Positions 30,191-38,712 of a stretch of 64,000 bases of DNA are shown here, piece after piece. Source of the stretch: an uncultured Thermomicrobiales bacterium (GTDB taxonomy: Bacteria; Chloroflexota; Chloroflexia; Thermomicrobiales; UBA6265). Where the stretch lies: positions 1,035 through 65,034 of the forward strand of contig CAXTHM010000013.1 in NCBI GenBank assembly GCA_964244115.1, written 5' to 3'. Each line of letters opens with the position of its first letter. Within the stretch, counting starts at the first letter, position 1. The notes below the pieces were generated by a model that had not been told where the DNA came from, ran no database searches, and was given only the letters and a program-made list of their open reading frames with translations. The translations under genes and the position numbers were made by a program.

Positions 30191-31897
30191 TCAACGTCCG
30201 AGGGTGCGGGACATCAGGCGGCCGAGGCGCTCGGCGGCCATGTCCTGCAGGGAGGTCGATGTCGTCTCGCCCCGGTCATCGGCGGCGATCAGGTCGTCGA
30301 CGATCTTGGCGGACGACAGCACGCCCGGCATCCCGGCACCGGGGTGCGTCCCGGCACCGGCGAAGAACAGGTTCGACAGCTCCTCGCTCCGGTTGTGCGG
30401 CCGGAACCAGGCCGACTGCGTCAGGACCGGCTCGACGGAGAAGGCGGAGCCGAGGTAGCTGTTCAGGTCGGTGTCGAAGTGGCGTGGGTCGATCATGTGC
30501 TCGGTGACGATGTGTTTGCTCAGGTCCGGCAGGTAGTTCTCTTCGAGGAAGCCCATGATCCGGTCACGGTAGGGCTTGGCCTGCGTCGCCCAGTCGATCC
30601 TGCCGCCGAGGTGGGGCACCGGCGAGAGCACGTAGAAGGCGTCGCAGCCCTCCGGCGCCAGCGACGGGTCGGTCAGCGTCGGCATGTGCAGATACAGCGA
30701 GAAGTCGTCCGAGAGCGTCTTCTTGGTGAAGATGTCCTTGAGCAGTCCACCGTAGCGGGGGCCGAGGATGATGTCGTGATGGGCCAGTTCCGGGCCGTCC
30801 GTGCCGCGGTACTGGCGGTCGGTACCGAAGTAGATCACGACCAGCGACATCGAGTACCGCATCCGGGCCAGGCGGCGGTCGGTGTACTTGCGCCGCACCG
30901 AGGCCGGCAGCAACTGCTGATAGGCCCGGGCGACATCGCCGTTGCAGACGACGCTGTCGGCCCGGATCTCCTCACCCGATTTCAGCCGGACACCGGTCGC
31001 CCGGCGTCCCTCGGTCATGATCTCGCCGACCTCGGTGTCGAGCCGGATCCGGCCGCCGAGCTCGCCGAACAGCCGGACCAGACCCTCGACGACGGCGCCC
31101 GTCCCGCCCATCGCGAACCAGACGCCCCACTCTCGCTCCAGGTAGTGGATCAGGGTGTAGATGCTCGTCGTCTGGAACGGGTTGCCGCCGACGAGCAGCG
31201 GGTGGAACGTCATGACCTGCCGAAGGCGGTCGTCCTTGACAAAGCGTGAGACGAGGCTGTGGACAGTCCGGTAACTCTCCAGCCGGATCAGGTCGGGCGC
31301 GACCCGGGCCATATCCAGCGGCGAGTCGAACGGCTGATCGGCCAGCTCGGTGAACCCCTTGGCGAAGATGCGCTCGGTGAGGCGGACGAATTCGAGGTAG
31401 CCGGTGACATCCGACTCGTGCGGCGAGATCCGACGGATCTCCCGGACCATCTCGGCCGCCCGGCCGGTGTAGTCGAAGTGCTCGCCATCGTGCTCGCCGC
31501 CGTTGAAGAAGATCCGGTAGAACGGGTTGACCGGGACCAGCGAGATGTAGTCCTCGGCCTTCCGACCGGCCAACTCGAACAGATCGGTCAGCATCCACGG
31601 GGCGGTGATGACCGTCGGGCCGCCGTCGAACGTGAAGCCGTCCTGGCGGTAGACGTAGGCGCGGCCGCCGGCCTGGTCACGCTTGTCGACCAGCGTGACG
31701 TCGTGGCCACGGGCGGCGAGCCGGACCGCCGCCGCCAGGCCGCCGAGCCCGGCCCCGATCACGACGATGCGCTGGGGTCGTTCGGCGCCGGGAAGCCGCC
31801 GCTCGCGGCCCGGCCAGACGCCGGGACCATCGACGGCGGCGGGTCGGACGATGGCGGGATCGGCGGTGAGTCCGGAGGCGGGGTGAAGGGTGTCCAT
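30191..31897 (-). CDS. crtI: Phytoene desaturase
   Basis: IVVIGAGLGGLAAAVRLAARGHDVTLVDKRDQAGGRA. CrtI-type C-terminal FFAGAGTHPGAGMPGV. Confidence 0.9.
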   Translation of the reverse strand: MDTLHPASGLTADPAIVRPAAVDGPGVWPGRERRLPGAERPQRIVVIGAGLGGLAAAVRLAARGHDVTLVDKRDQAGGRAYVYRQDGFTFDGGPTVITAPWMLTDLFELAGRKAEDYISLVPVNPFYRIFFNGGEHDGEHFDYTGRAAEMVREIRRISPHESDVTGYLEFVRLTERIFAKGFTELADQPFDSPLDMARVAPDLIRLESYRTVHSLVSRFVKDDRLRQVMTFHPLLVGGNPFQTTSIYTLIHYLEREWGVWFAMGGTGAVVEGLVRLFGELGGRIRLDTEVGEIMTEGRRATGVRLKSGEEIRADSVVCNGDVARAYQQLLPASVRRKYTDRRLARMRYSMSLVVIYFGTDRQYRGTDGPELAHHDIILGPRYGGLLKDIFTKKTLSDDFSLYLHMPTLTDPSLAPEGCDAFYVLSPVPHLGGRIDWATQAKPYRDRIMGFLEENYLPDLSKHIVTEHMIDPRHFDTDLNSYLGSAFSVEPVLTQSAWFRPHNRSEELSNLFFAGAGTHPGAGMPGVLSSAKIVDDLIAADDRGETTSTSLQDMAAERLGRLMSRTLGR

Positions 31898-32126
31898 TCG
31901 GGAATCGTCTCTCGTGGCGAAGTTCGGGATTCGAAGTCAGACTGAGACAGCGACTGGGGTGCCGGGCGACCACGCCGCCCAGTGATCGGCAGGCGGCGCC
32001 GTTCGGCACCGTGGTTGCGACAATGCCTCGGCGGGTCACCGTCTGGCGACCGTTCGGCCGGTGGGCACCACTGGCGAATCATCGCACGCAGCCATCCACG
32101 GCTGAGCATCCGAATGAGATCAACCC

Positions 32127-32984
32127 ATGCAGCAGAGCCCATCCGCCTTCGCCGGCGAGGACCACCGGCCGTTCGACTTCGCCCCGGACCCGTCGAACCC
32201 GCGCCCGCAACGCGTCGGGGCGCTGCTGCTGCACGGCTTCATGGGCACGCCGAAGGAACTGCGCCCCCTCGGGCAGGCGCTGGCAGCCGATGGCATCCGG
32301 GCAGTCGCCCCGCTGCTGCCGGGGTTCGGCCCGAACGTGCCGGACCTGCCCCGGACGACGGCCGAGGACTGGAGCCGGGCCGTCGACGAGGCGTGGGCGA
32401 CCGTCCGGACTGAGTCGGACGCCAGCGTCCTACTCGGGTTCTCGTTCGGGGGGGCCCTCGCGCTCGGGACCGCCAGCCAGTCCCCACCGGACGCGCTCAT
32501 CCTGATCTCGCCCTATGTCCGACTGATCGATCTCCCCTCGTGGCTGCTCGTCGCCGGGCTGCCGGTCCTGAAGCGGACGATCAGGACGTTCTCGCCCTAC
32601 GCGAAGGCGGATTTCGGCGACCCCGAGGTCCGGCGCTTCTTCCACGAGATGGACCCGACGTTCGACCTCGACGACCCGGCGACGCAGGACCTGCTCCGGG
32701 AACGCTCGACGATCCCGTTCAGCGTGATCGACCAGATGCGCCGGGTCACCGACCGGGGTCGGAAAGCGGCCCGATCGGTGACGGCGCCGACGCTGCTCGT
32801 CCAGGGTACCCGCGACGACACCTCGACCGTTGCCCGCAGCCGTCGGTTGGCCGGTTCGCTGCGCGGCCCGTTGACGCTGCGGGAACTGGATGCCGACCAC
32901 CTGATCGTCGATGACCAGAAGCCGTCCTGGCCGGCGCTCCGGGACAGCGTGCTCGCATTCGTCGATCAGCAGTATCCGAGATAG
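32127..32984 (+). CDS. Alpha/beta-fold hydrolase (esterase/lipase-like)
   Basis: LLLHGFMGTP oxyanion region, the GFSFGG nucleophile elbow, and a late D and H. Confidence 0.75.
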   Translation: MQQSPSAFAGEDHRPFDFAPDPSNPRPQRVGALLLHGFMGTPKELRPLGQALAADGIRAVAPLLPGFGPNVPDLPRTTAEDWSRAVDEAWATVRTESDASVLLGFSFGGALALGTASQSPPDALILISPYVRLIDLPSWLLVAGLPVLKRTIRTFSPYAKADFGDPEVRRFFHEMDPTFDLDDPATQDLLRERSTIPFSVIDQMRRVTDRGRKAARSVTAPTLLVQGTRDDTSTVARSRRLAGSLRGPLTLRELDADHLIVDDQKPSWPALRDSVLAFVDQQYPR

Positions 32985-33060
32985 CCAACTGAGGATCCGC
33001 GAGGTCGCGGTATCCTGCGGGATCAGGATCTGGCGTCCTCACCCTGGAGCAGCCCACGAC

Positions 33061-34314
33061 GTGTCGAACCGCTCAGGTCGCATCCCGCTCGCCTCATCGT
33101 CACCGGTCGTATCCGGCCTCTGCCTGCTGCTGGCGGTCCTTCAGCTCGGGCTGGCCGCGCGGGTCGTGCTGCGGCTGATCCGGTCCGCCAACCGGCCGAC
33201 GGTCAACCCGGTTGCCGGCGATGCATCCACCGCGTCGGGCTCCGTCACGGTGCTCGTACCGGTCCTGAACGAGGCCGAGCGACTCGGTCCGTGTCTGGCG
33301 GGGCTCACCCTTCAGGGTCCCGAGGTGGCGGCGATCCTCGTCATCGACGGCGGCTCGTCGGATGGGACGGTCGCGTTGGTGAGTCACCACGCCGGGCATG
33401 ACCCGCGCATCCGGGTCATCGATGCCGCCCCGGTCCCCGCGGACTGGAACGGCAAGGCCTGGAACCTCCAGCGCGGCCTGACAGACGGCGATGTCACGAC
33501 ACCGTGGGTGCTGACGATCGACGCCGACGTTCGACCCCGAGCCGGGCTGGTCGCGGCGCTGCTCGGTCGCGCCACGGCTGACGGCGTCGCGGTCCTCAGC
33601 GGCGCGACCCGGCAGCGGCTCTCCGGAGCGGCCGAGGGACTCGTCCATCCGGCCCTGCTGACATCACTGGTCTATCGCTACGGGATTCCCGGCGGCAGCA
33701 CGACCGACCCGGACGAGGTCCAGGCCAACGGCCAGTGCATGCTCATCCGCCGCGATGCCCTGGACGAGATCGACGGGTTCGCCGAGGGGCAGCGGTCGGT
33801 CTGCGAGGACGTCACCATCGCCCGGCGGCTGGCGATGGCCGGTCACCGGGTCGGGTTCGCCGAGACGGGCGACCTGGTCGATGTCGCGATGTACGGGAGC
33901 GCCGCCGAGGCCTGGCGAAACTGGCCGCGGTCGCTGACCATGCGGGATCAGTTCGCCGGCCACGCCGCGACGGTCCGGCTGGCGGAGGTCGCGCTGGTCC
34001 AGGGGCTGCCCCTCATCGTCACCGCCGCCGGTCTGGTCCGGCAGAGGCGGCATCACTACCCGAGCGCCCGCGGGCGAGACGCGATCCGGGGAGTTGGGGG
34101 TCGGTTTCGTGCGGTAGAGTTCCTCATCGGCCTGAACCGCGTCCTCGTCCTGCTCCGGCTGGGGGTGCTGGTCGGGATGGTCCGGGCCTACCGGCGCCCC
34201 CCGCTCACCTACTGGTTGTCCCCAGTACTCGACGCCCCCGTCGCGGTTCGCCTGATCCAGTCCGCGCTGCGTCGCACCCACACCTGGCGCGGTCGCCCGA
34301 TCACCCGCTCCTGA
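33061..34314 (+). CDS. Family 2 glycosyltransferase, carotenoid glycosyltransferase candidate (CruC/CrtX-like)
   Basis: VLVPVLNEAERL...VIDGGSSDGT...TIDADV (DxD). Flanking TM segments. GTG at 33061 chosen to avoid overlap with the hydrolase. Sits among carotenoid genes. Confidence 0.7.
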   Translation: MSNRSGRIPLASSSPVVSGLCLLLAVLQLGLAARVVLRLIRSANRPTVNPVAGDASTASGSVTVLVPVLNEAERLGPCLAGLTLQGPEVAAILVIDGGSSDGTVALVSHHAGHDPRIRVIDAAPVPADWNGKAWNLQRGLTDGDVTTPWVLTIDADVRPRAGLVAALLGRATADGVAVLSGATRQRLSGAAEGLVHPALLTSLVYRYGIPGGSTTDPDEVQANGQCMLIRRDALDEIDGFAEGQRSVCEDVTIARRLAMAGHRVGFAETGDLVDVAMYGSAAEAWRNWPRSLTMRDQFAGHAATVRLAEVALVQGLPLIVTAAGLVRQRRHHYPSARGRDAIRGVGGRFRAVEFLIGLNRVLVLLRLGVLVGMVRAYRRPPLTYWLSPVLDAPVAVRLIQSALRRTHTWRGRPITRS

Positions 34315-34390
34315 TCCCGGATGCGTACCCGCGTCTCCCACCGTTCCCACCGCCGTTCGACGTCCCATCGACGTCCCAGGAGATCCCACC

Positions 34391-35434
34391 ATGACGACTG
34401 CCGAGGGCCACATCACCTCCGACCAGCGCGCCGTGTCGGCGACGGTCGATCAGCCAGAGGATACCGGTCCGGTCACGCTCTGGGGCTCGCTCTCGTCGTT
34501 CTCCGCGAAGCTCTCGTGGCTGGGCCTGGCGGCACACATCATGGCGATGCTGTTCGCCCTCGGCGGCATCCTCTATGTGATCCCGAACATCGGCAAGGTC
34601 ATCGCCGACAACCCCGGTGCGGCCGACATCTACAACTGGGGCATGAACTACGGCGGCGCCACCCACATGATCCTCGGCGCGATCGCCGTCTTCATGATGG
34701 GCGTCCTGATCGTCGGACTCCGCCGCACGACGCTGTTCTTCGTGCTCGCCTACCTGATCTCGGCCTCGTCCGAACTCGTCGGCACCAGCACCGGCTGGCC
34801 GTTCGGCAACTACAGCTACACCAGCTACCTCGGCTACCGGCTGGTCGACCACGTCCCCTTCACGATCCCGCTGTCATGGTTCTACATGGGCATGGCGTCC
34901 TACTTCCTCGCCCGGCTGATCGTCTGGATGGTCGGGCACCGCCTCAGCAGCACGGGACGGGAAGCCGCGACGATCCTGATCGGCGGCTACCTCGTCGTCG
35001 TCTGGGATCTCGTCCTGGATCCGGCGATGGCACACGACGATCTCGTCGTCCGGTTCTGGGAGTGGAACGTCGACGGTGTCTACTTCGGGATGCCGGTCCA
35101 GAACTACGTCGGCTGGCTGTTCACGGCGGTCCTGTTCATGGGCCTGGGCCGGCTGTCCTGGAACGGAGGCATCGCCCCGAGCCGGATCCCGGTGATGCTC
35201 CCGGTGATCCTCTACGGTTCCAACATCGTCTTCGCCTCCGTGCTCAGCCTTAGTGTCGGTCTCTGGGTCCCGATCGTCCTCTGCGTCGCGCTGATCCTCC
35301 TGCCGGCCGTGATCGCCTGGTCGATCCGGCGGTCGCACCCGCCGGTCGGTCGCCCGGTCGTACGCTCGACCGCGTCGTCCACGCTCGTCACGGACGGCCA
35401 GACCCGCGGCGCCGAGATCATGGGTCAACGATAG
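34391..35434 (+). CDS. Carotenoid biosynthesis membrane protein (PF04240-like; CruF-type 1,2-hydratase candidate)
   Basis: Polytopic membrane protein. The motif GWPFGNYSYTSYLGYRLVDHVPFTIPLSWFYM resembles the Caroten_synth family. AGGAGA RBS. Confidence 0.6.
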   Translation: MTTAEGHITSDQRAVSATVDQPEDTGPVTLWGSLSSFSAKLSWLGLAAHIMAMLFALGGILYVIPNIGKVIADNPGAADIYNWGMNYGGATHMILGAIAVFMMGVLIVGLRRTTLFFVLAYLISASSELVGTSTGWPFGNYSYTSYLGYRLVDHVPFTIPLSWFYMGMASYFLARLIVWMVGHRLSSTGREAATILIGGYLVVVWDLVLDPAMAHDDLVVRFWEWNVDGVYFGMPVQNYVGWLFTAVLFMGLGRLSWNGGIAPSRIPVMLPVILYGSNIVFASVLSLSVGLWVPIVLCVALILLPAVIAWSIRRSHPPVGRPVVRSTASSTLVTDGQTRGAEIMGQR

Positions 35435-35453
35435 GGTCGGGATAGGGCTGAGG

Positions 35454-36218
35454 ATGCCACCCAACTCTCCGGCAAGCCCATCGTCGCCCGCCCAGTCGAG
35501 GTCGATCCCGACGGTGATGGCGAACCGGACCATCCGGCTGGCGTCCGGCCGCCTGATGACCGGCAAGGTCGATCTCGCGGTCTCGGGGGAGGGCAACGTC
35601 CCGGCGACCGGACCGGTCGTGCTGGCCGCCCGCCACTATCATCACCTGTTCGATGGGACGAGCATCCTCACGACGCTCAAGCGTCCGCTACGGGTCATGG
35701 TGGCGCTGGACTGGGTCACCGCTGGCGCCCAGCGCCGGATCGCCGAAAGGCTCTGCTCGGTAGCCGGCTGGCCGGTCGTGCTGCGACCGGACGCCGAGAA
35801 GTACCGACCCGAGCTGGCGGCTGACCCGGCAAGAACCGCCGAGTATCAGCGCGACACGACCCGGTACCTCAAGCGAGCGGCGGTCCAGAGCGTCGAGATC
35901 CTCTCGCGGGGCGGTGCCCTGCTGATGTTCCCGGAGGGGTATCCGAACATCGACCCCTCCTTCACCCCGAAGAGCGACCGCAACGACGACTTCCTGCCGA
36001 CCCTGCCCGGCGCCGTCAGGATTCCCCTCCTCGCCCAGTCCGCCGGTCTGGCACCCGTCCCCATCGTCCCGGTCGGCCTGCACTATCGACGCGTCGGCGA
36101 CGACCGCTGGGCGATCCAGCTGCGGTTCGGCGAGCCGCTGTTCGCCACCGATCGTCGTCGGGTCGATAGCACCGTCGCCCATCTCGGTGCGACGATCCGG
36201 CGCCTGTCGGTGGAGTAG
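35454..36218 (+). CDS. PlsC-type acyltransferase, carotenoid glycoside acyltransferase candidate (CruD-like)
   Basis: HxxxxD-type block HYHHLFDG and the FPEGYPN block. The start is uncertain, with an alternative ATG at 35517. Confidence 0.65.
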   Translation: MPPNSPASPSSPAQSRSIPTVMANRTIRLASGRLMTGKVDLAVSGEGNVPATGPVVLAARHYHHLFDGTSILTTLKRPLRVMVALDWVTAGAQRRIAERLCSVAGWPVVLRPDAEKYRPELAADPARTAEYQRDTTRYLKRAAVQSVEILSRGGALLMFPEGYPNIDPSFTPKSDRNDDFLPTLPGAVRIPLLAQSAGLAPVPIVPVGLHYRRVGDDRWAIQLRFGEPLFATDRRRVDSTVAHLGATIRRLSVE

Positions 36219-36242
36219 CGTGGGTGAGCTGAAACACGTCTG

Positions 36243-36692
36243 GTGGCGGAGCAGACCTATCCTACGATCCCTTCCCCGCTCATACGGAATCCGGTTGAAG
36301 AGCCGTCATTCTCCCGAAGCCAGTCGGTAGCAGACCTCTCCCCCGACCCCTCTCCGGCTCGGCTCGTCGCTCACCCGCCAAAGGCGGCTTCGGCTCCTCA
36401 CCGCCCGGAGAGGGGAGTCCTCACCCGGATTCGGTATCACCTCCAGCGCGGTTCATAGCGGTTGACGGTGGAGCGAGCTCCCCCTCTCCATCCGGTCCGG
36501 ACGGAGTCGCCCGCAGGTGACGGAGGCGAACCGAGATGGGGAGGGAGTCGGGGGGTGGGGCTGACCGCTCGCGCCGACGAGGGCCATGAGATCCGCTCTA
36601 GTGGTCTGTCAGGGCTCATCGGCTTCCCCGGAGTTGACCTCTCCCCCGAGGGGTCACGAGTCCACCGACCATCTACCCGGATCCGGTATCAG
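36243..36692. repeat. Composite array of intergenic repeats (an X-type element with TIRs plus a Y-type hairpin module)
   Basis: GTGGCGGAGCAGACC (36243). TIR CATACGGAATCCGGTTGAAG (36281-36300) and its partner CACCCGGATTCGGTATCAC (36422-36440). Y module at 36461-36598, matching 62120-62258. Terminal TACCCGGATCCGGTATCAG (36674-36692). Confidence 0.7.
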
Positions 36693-36711
36693 GCGGCCGC
36701 GGCAAACCGTT

Positions 36712-37749
36712 CTAGACGCCGCGCGTCCAGAGGCTCCCGCCGAGCTGCAACGACAGGAAATCGACCGTGATCAGCGGCATCGCCCGGAGCTTGCGGCGGG
36801 TGCTGACGTGGGCGCGACCATGGAACGGGTCGCAGTCCTGCTCCTCGATCCGGTCGAGGATCTTGCTGTAGAGGCGGCTGATCGCGATCGTCGTGAGTTG
36901 ACCGGACGGGCAGAGTGCCGGAATGCCCAGCCGGCCAGAGCGGTAGTAGCTCCGGGCCCGATCGATCTGGAACCGCATCAGCCCCGACATGTCCCCCGTC
37001 GGACGGCCACCGAGCAACGACGCCGGGTCGATCCCGAACCGGGCCAGTTCCCCATGCGGGAGATAGAGCCGTCCGACGCTGGCATCCTCGGCCACGTCGC
37101 GGAGGATGTTCGTCAGTTGCATCGCGATCCCCAGGTCGACGGCGTGGGTCAGGGCGCGTTCGTCGCGGCAGCCGAAGACGGGCGCCGCGATCAACCCGAT
37201 CGTCCCGGCGACGCAGTAGCAGTACTCCCGCAGGTCGTCCCAGTCGGCGTAGCTGCGCGGCGCCAGGTCGTGCCGCATGCCCCGGAGCAGGTCGAGGACC
37301 GGCCCCAGCGGGATGTCGTACCGTCGCCGGGCGACAGCGAACGCTACCGCGACCGGGTGTTCCGGACGGTAGAGTTCGGCCTCCCAGCGGTCGAGCGAGG
37401 CCGAGATGTCGGCCGGACTGACCTCGCCGGCGAGGTCGACGATGTCATCGGCGATCCGGCAGTAGGCATAGGCGGCGGCGATCGCATTACGGCGGTCGAT
37501 CGCGAGGAACCGGCTCCCGAACGAGAAGGTCCGGGCGTGCAGGCGGAGCAGATCCCAGCATGGCTGCCAGTCGGGTTCGATGCCGGGATCGATCGACGCC
37601 GCTCCCGTGTCGACCGGAGCCAGGGCGGAGGGATCGATGTCGGCCGAGCGATCGGACCGGGTCGGATGGCCCTCCGGCGCTCCGGTGACTCCTCGATAGC
37701 TCACTCGTGGACTGGATGAAGGCGTGATGGTGCGACCGGCCCGCGACAA
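36712..37749 (-). CDS. crtB: Phytoene synthase
   Basis: FSFGSRFL...AYAYCRIADDIVD (first Asp-rich motif) and NILRDVAED (second). Confidence 0.85.
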   Translation of the reverse strand: MSRAGRTITPSSSPRVSYRGVTGAPEGHPTRSDRSADIDPSALAPVDTGAASIDPGIEPDWQPCWDLLRLHARTFSFGSRFLAIDRRNAIAAAYAYCRIADDIVDLAGEVSPADISASLDRWEAELYRPEHPVAVAFAVARRRYDIPLGPVLDLLRGMRHDLAPRSYADWDDLREYCYCVAGTIGLIAAPVFGCRDERALTHAVDLGIAMQLTNILRDVAEDASVGRLYLPHGELARFGIDPASLLGGRPTGDMSGLMRFQIDRARSYYRSGRLGIPALCPSGQLTTIAISRLYSKILDRIEEQDCDPFHGRAHVSTRRKLRAMPLITVDFLSLQLGGSLWTRGV

Positions 37750-38550
37750 AGCTTCACCTCTTCAGCGATCACCCTGATCAGGGGAAGGAGCCGTCCTGTT
37801 GGCCGGCCGCTCCGGGCGCCGTTCAGGGAATAGAGACGTGGCATCCGGTCCGGACTCTCTTCGCGAGAGCCGGCGCGTCCATGATACCCGCGCGGCGTCT
37901 TCGTCAATCGATCCCCGGTCGAGACGCGTTCCGATCCCGGATCGTCCGTGGATCGTTCCTGATACGCCGCTACGTCGTGTACCGGTGGCGAACCGGCCGA
38001 TCGACCGATACGTCTCGGACGCAAATTCCTTACCGGGAGTAGTCCTGACGACCCGACAGGCGAACCCCGGGCCAGGCGGCCGGGGCGGGTCCGGAGGTAG
38101 TCCCCGGCCCGGGCCGCGTCGTCACGACCGGGATCGCCCGGCGTCCGCGCCAGGATACCCGCTTCGATGACCGCGCCGATGACCGCGCCGCGATCGAGAT
38201 CATGGCTTCCGGCGAGGACTCGAAGGCGCCGTCCTCGCTTCGCCGCACGGGCGCTTCGGAGCGGATGGACCGTCCGGCGAACAGGCGACCTCCGTCGGAG
38301 TCGATGCCCACTCGGCGAAGGCCGGAGGGCGCACCGTCGCGACCTTCATCCGGTTGGCTTGGCGCCCCTCCCCCGCTCGCCCACGCTCATCGGTACCGAC
38401 GCTCCAGCCGAACGCCTAAGCTCCCTGGGGTCAGCCTGAGCCATCCCGGGAGACCGACTGCGAGGACGGGCTATGCCGACCTCCTCTCCATCGATCGCCC
38501 GACCGGCCGCGATCCGAGATGCACTGACAACGGGCTCGACCGCGGACTCG

Positions 38551-38578
38551 TTGACCCGAGAGGACGATCTGCTATAGT
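38551..38578 (+). promoter_or_regulatory. Near-consensus sigma-70 promoter (TTGACC-16-TATAGT)
   Basis: TTGACC at 38551-38556, 16-nt spacer, TATAGT at 38573-38578. About 135 nt upstream of the CDS at 38713. Confidence 0.45.
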
Positions 38579-38588
38579 GTACGTACAC
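38577..38588. promoter_or_regulatory. Perfect 12-bp palindrome GTGTACGTACAC overlapping the -10/TSS (candidate operator)
   Basis: Read directly from the sequence. It overlaps the last 2 nt of the TATAGT box. Confidence 0.4.
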
Positions 38589-38712
38589 CGCAGGGAGCCG
38601 ATGACAGGCGGCGGTGAGGTCCTCCCCAGGCCGCACGAAACGCGTCACTCCGGCCCACCACTCCCCGCTCGTCTCCGTCCCATCGAGTCAGCCTCGTTCA
38701 CGGGAGTCCGTC

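Noticed and set aside
38030-38420. Minus-strand protein-like fragments, for example MKVATVRPPAFAEW, reminiscent of a dehydrogenase N-terminus.
   Set aside because: The frames break within about 50 codons and no catalytic motifs follow. It is at best a decayed remnant and cannot be supported as a CDS without BLASTX.
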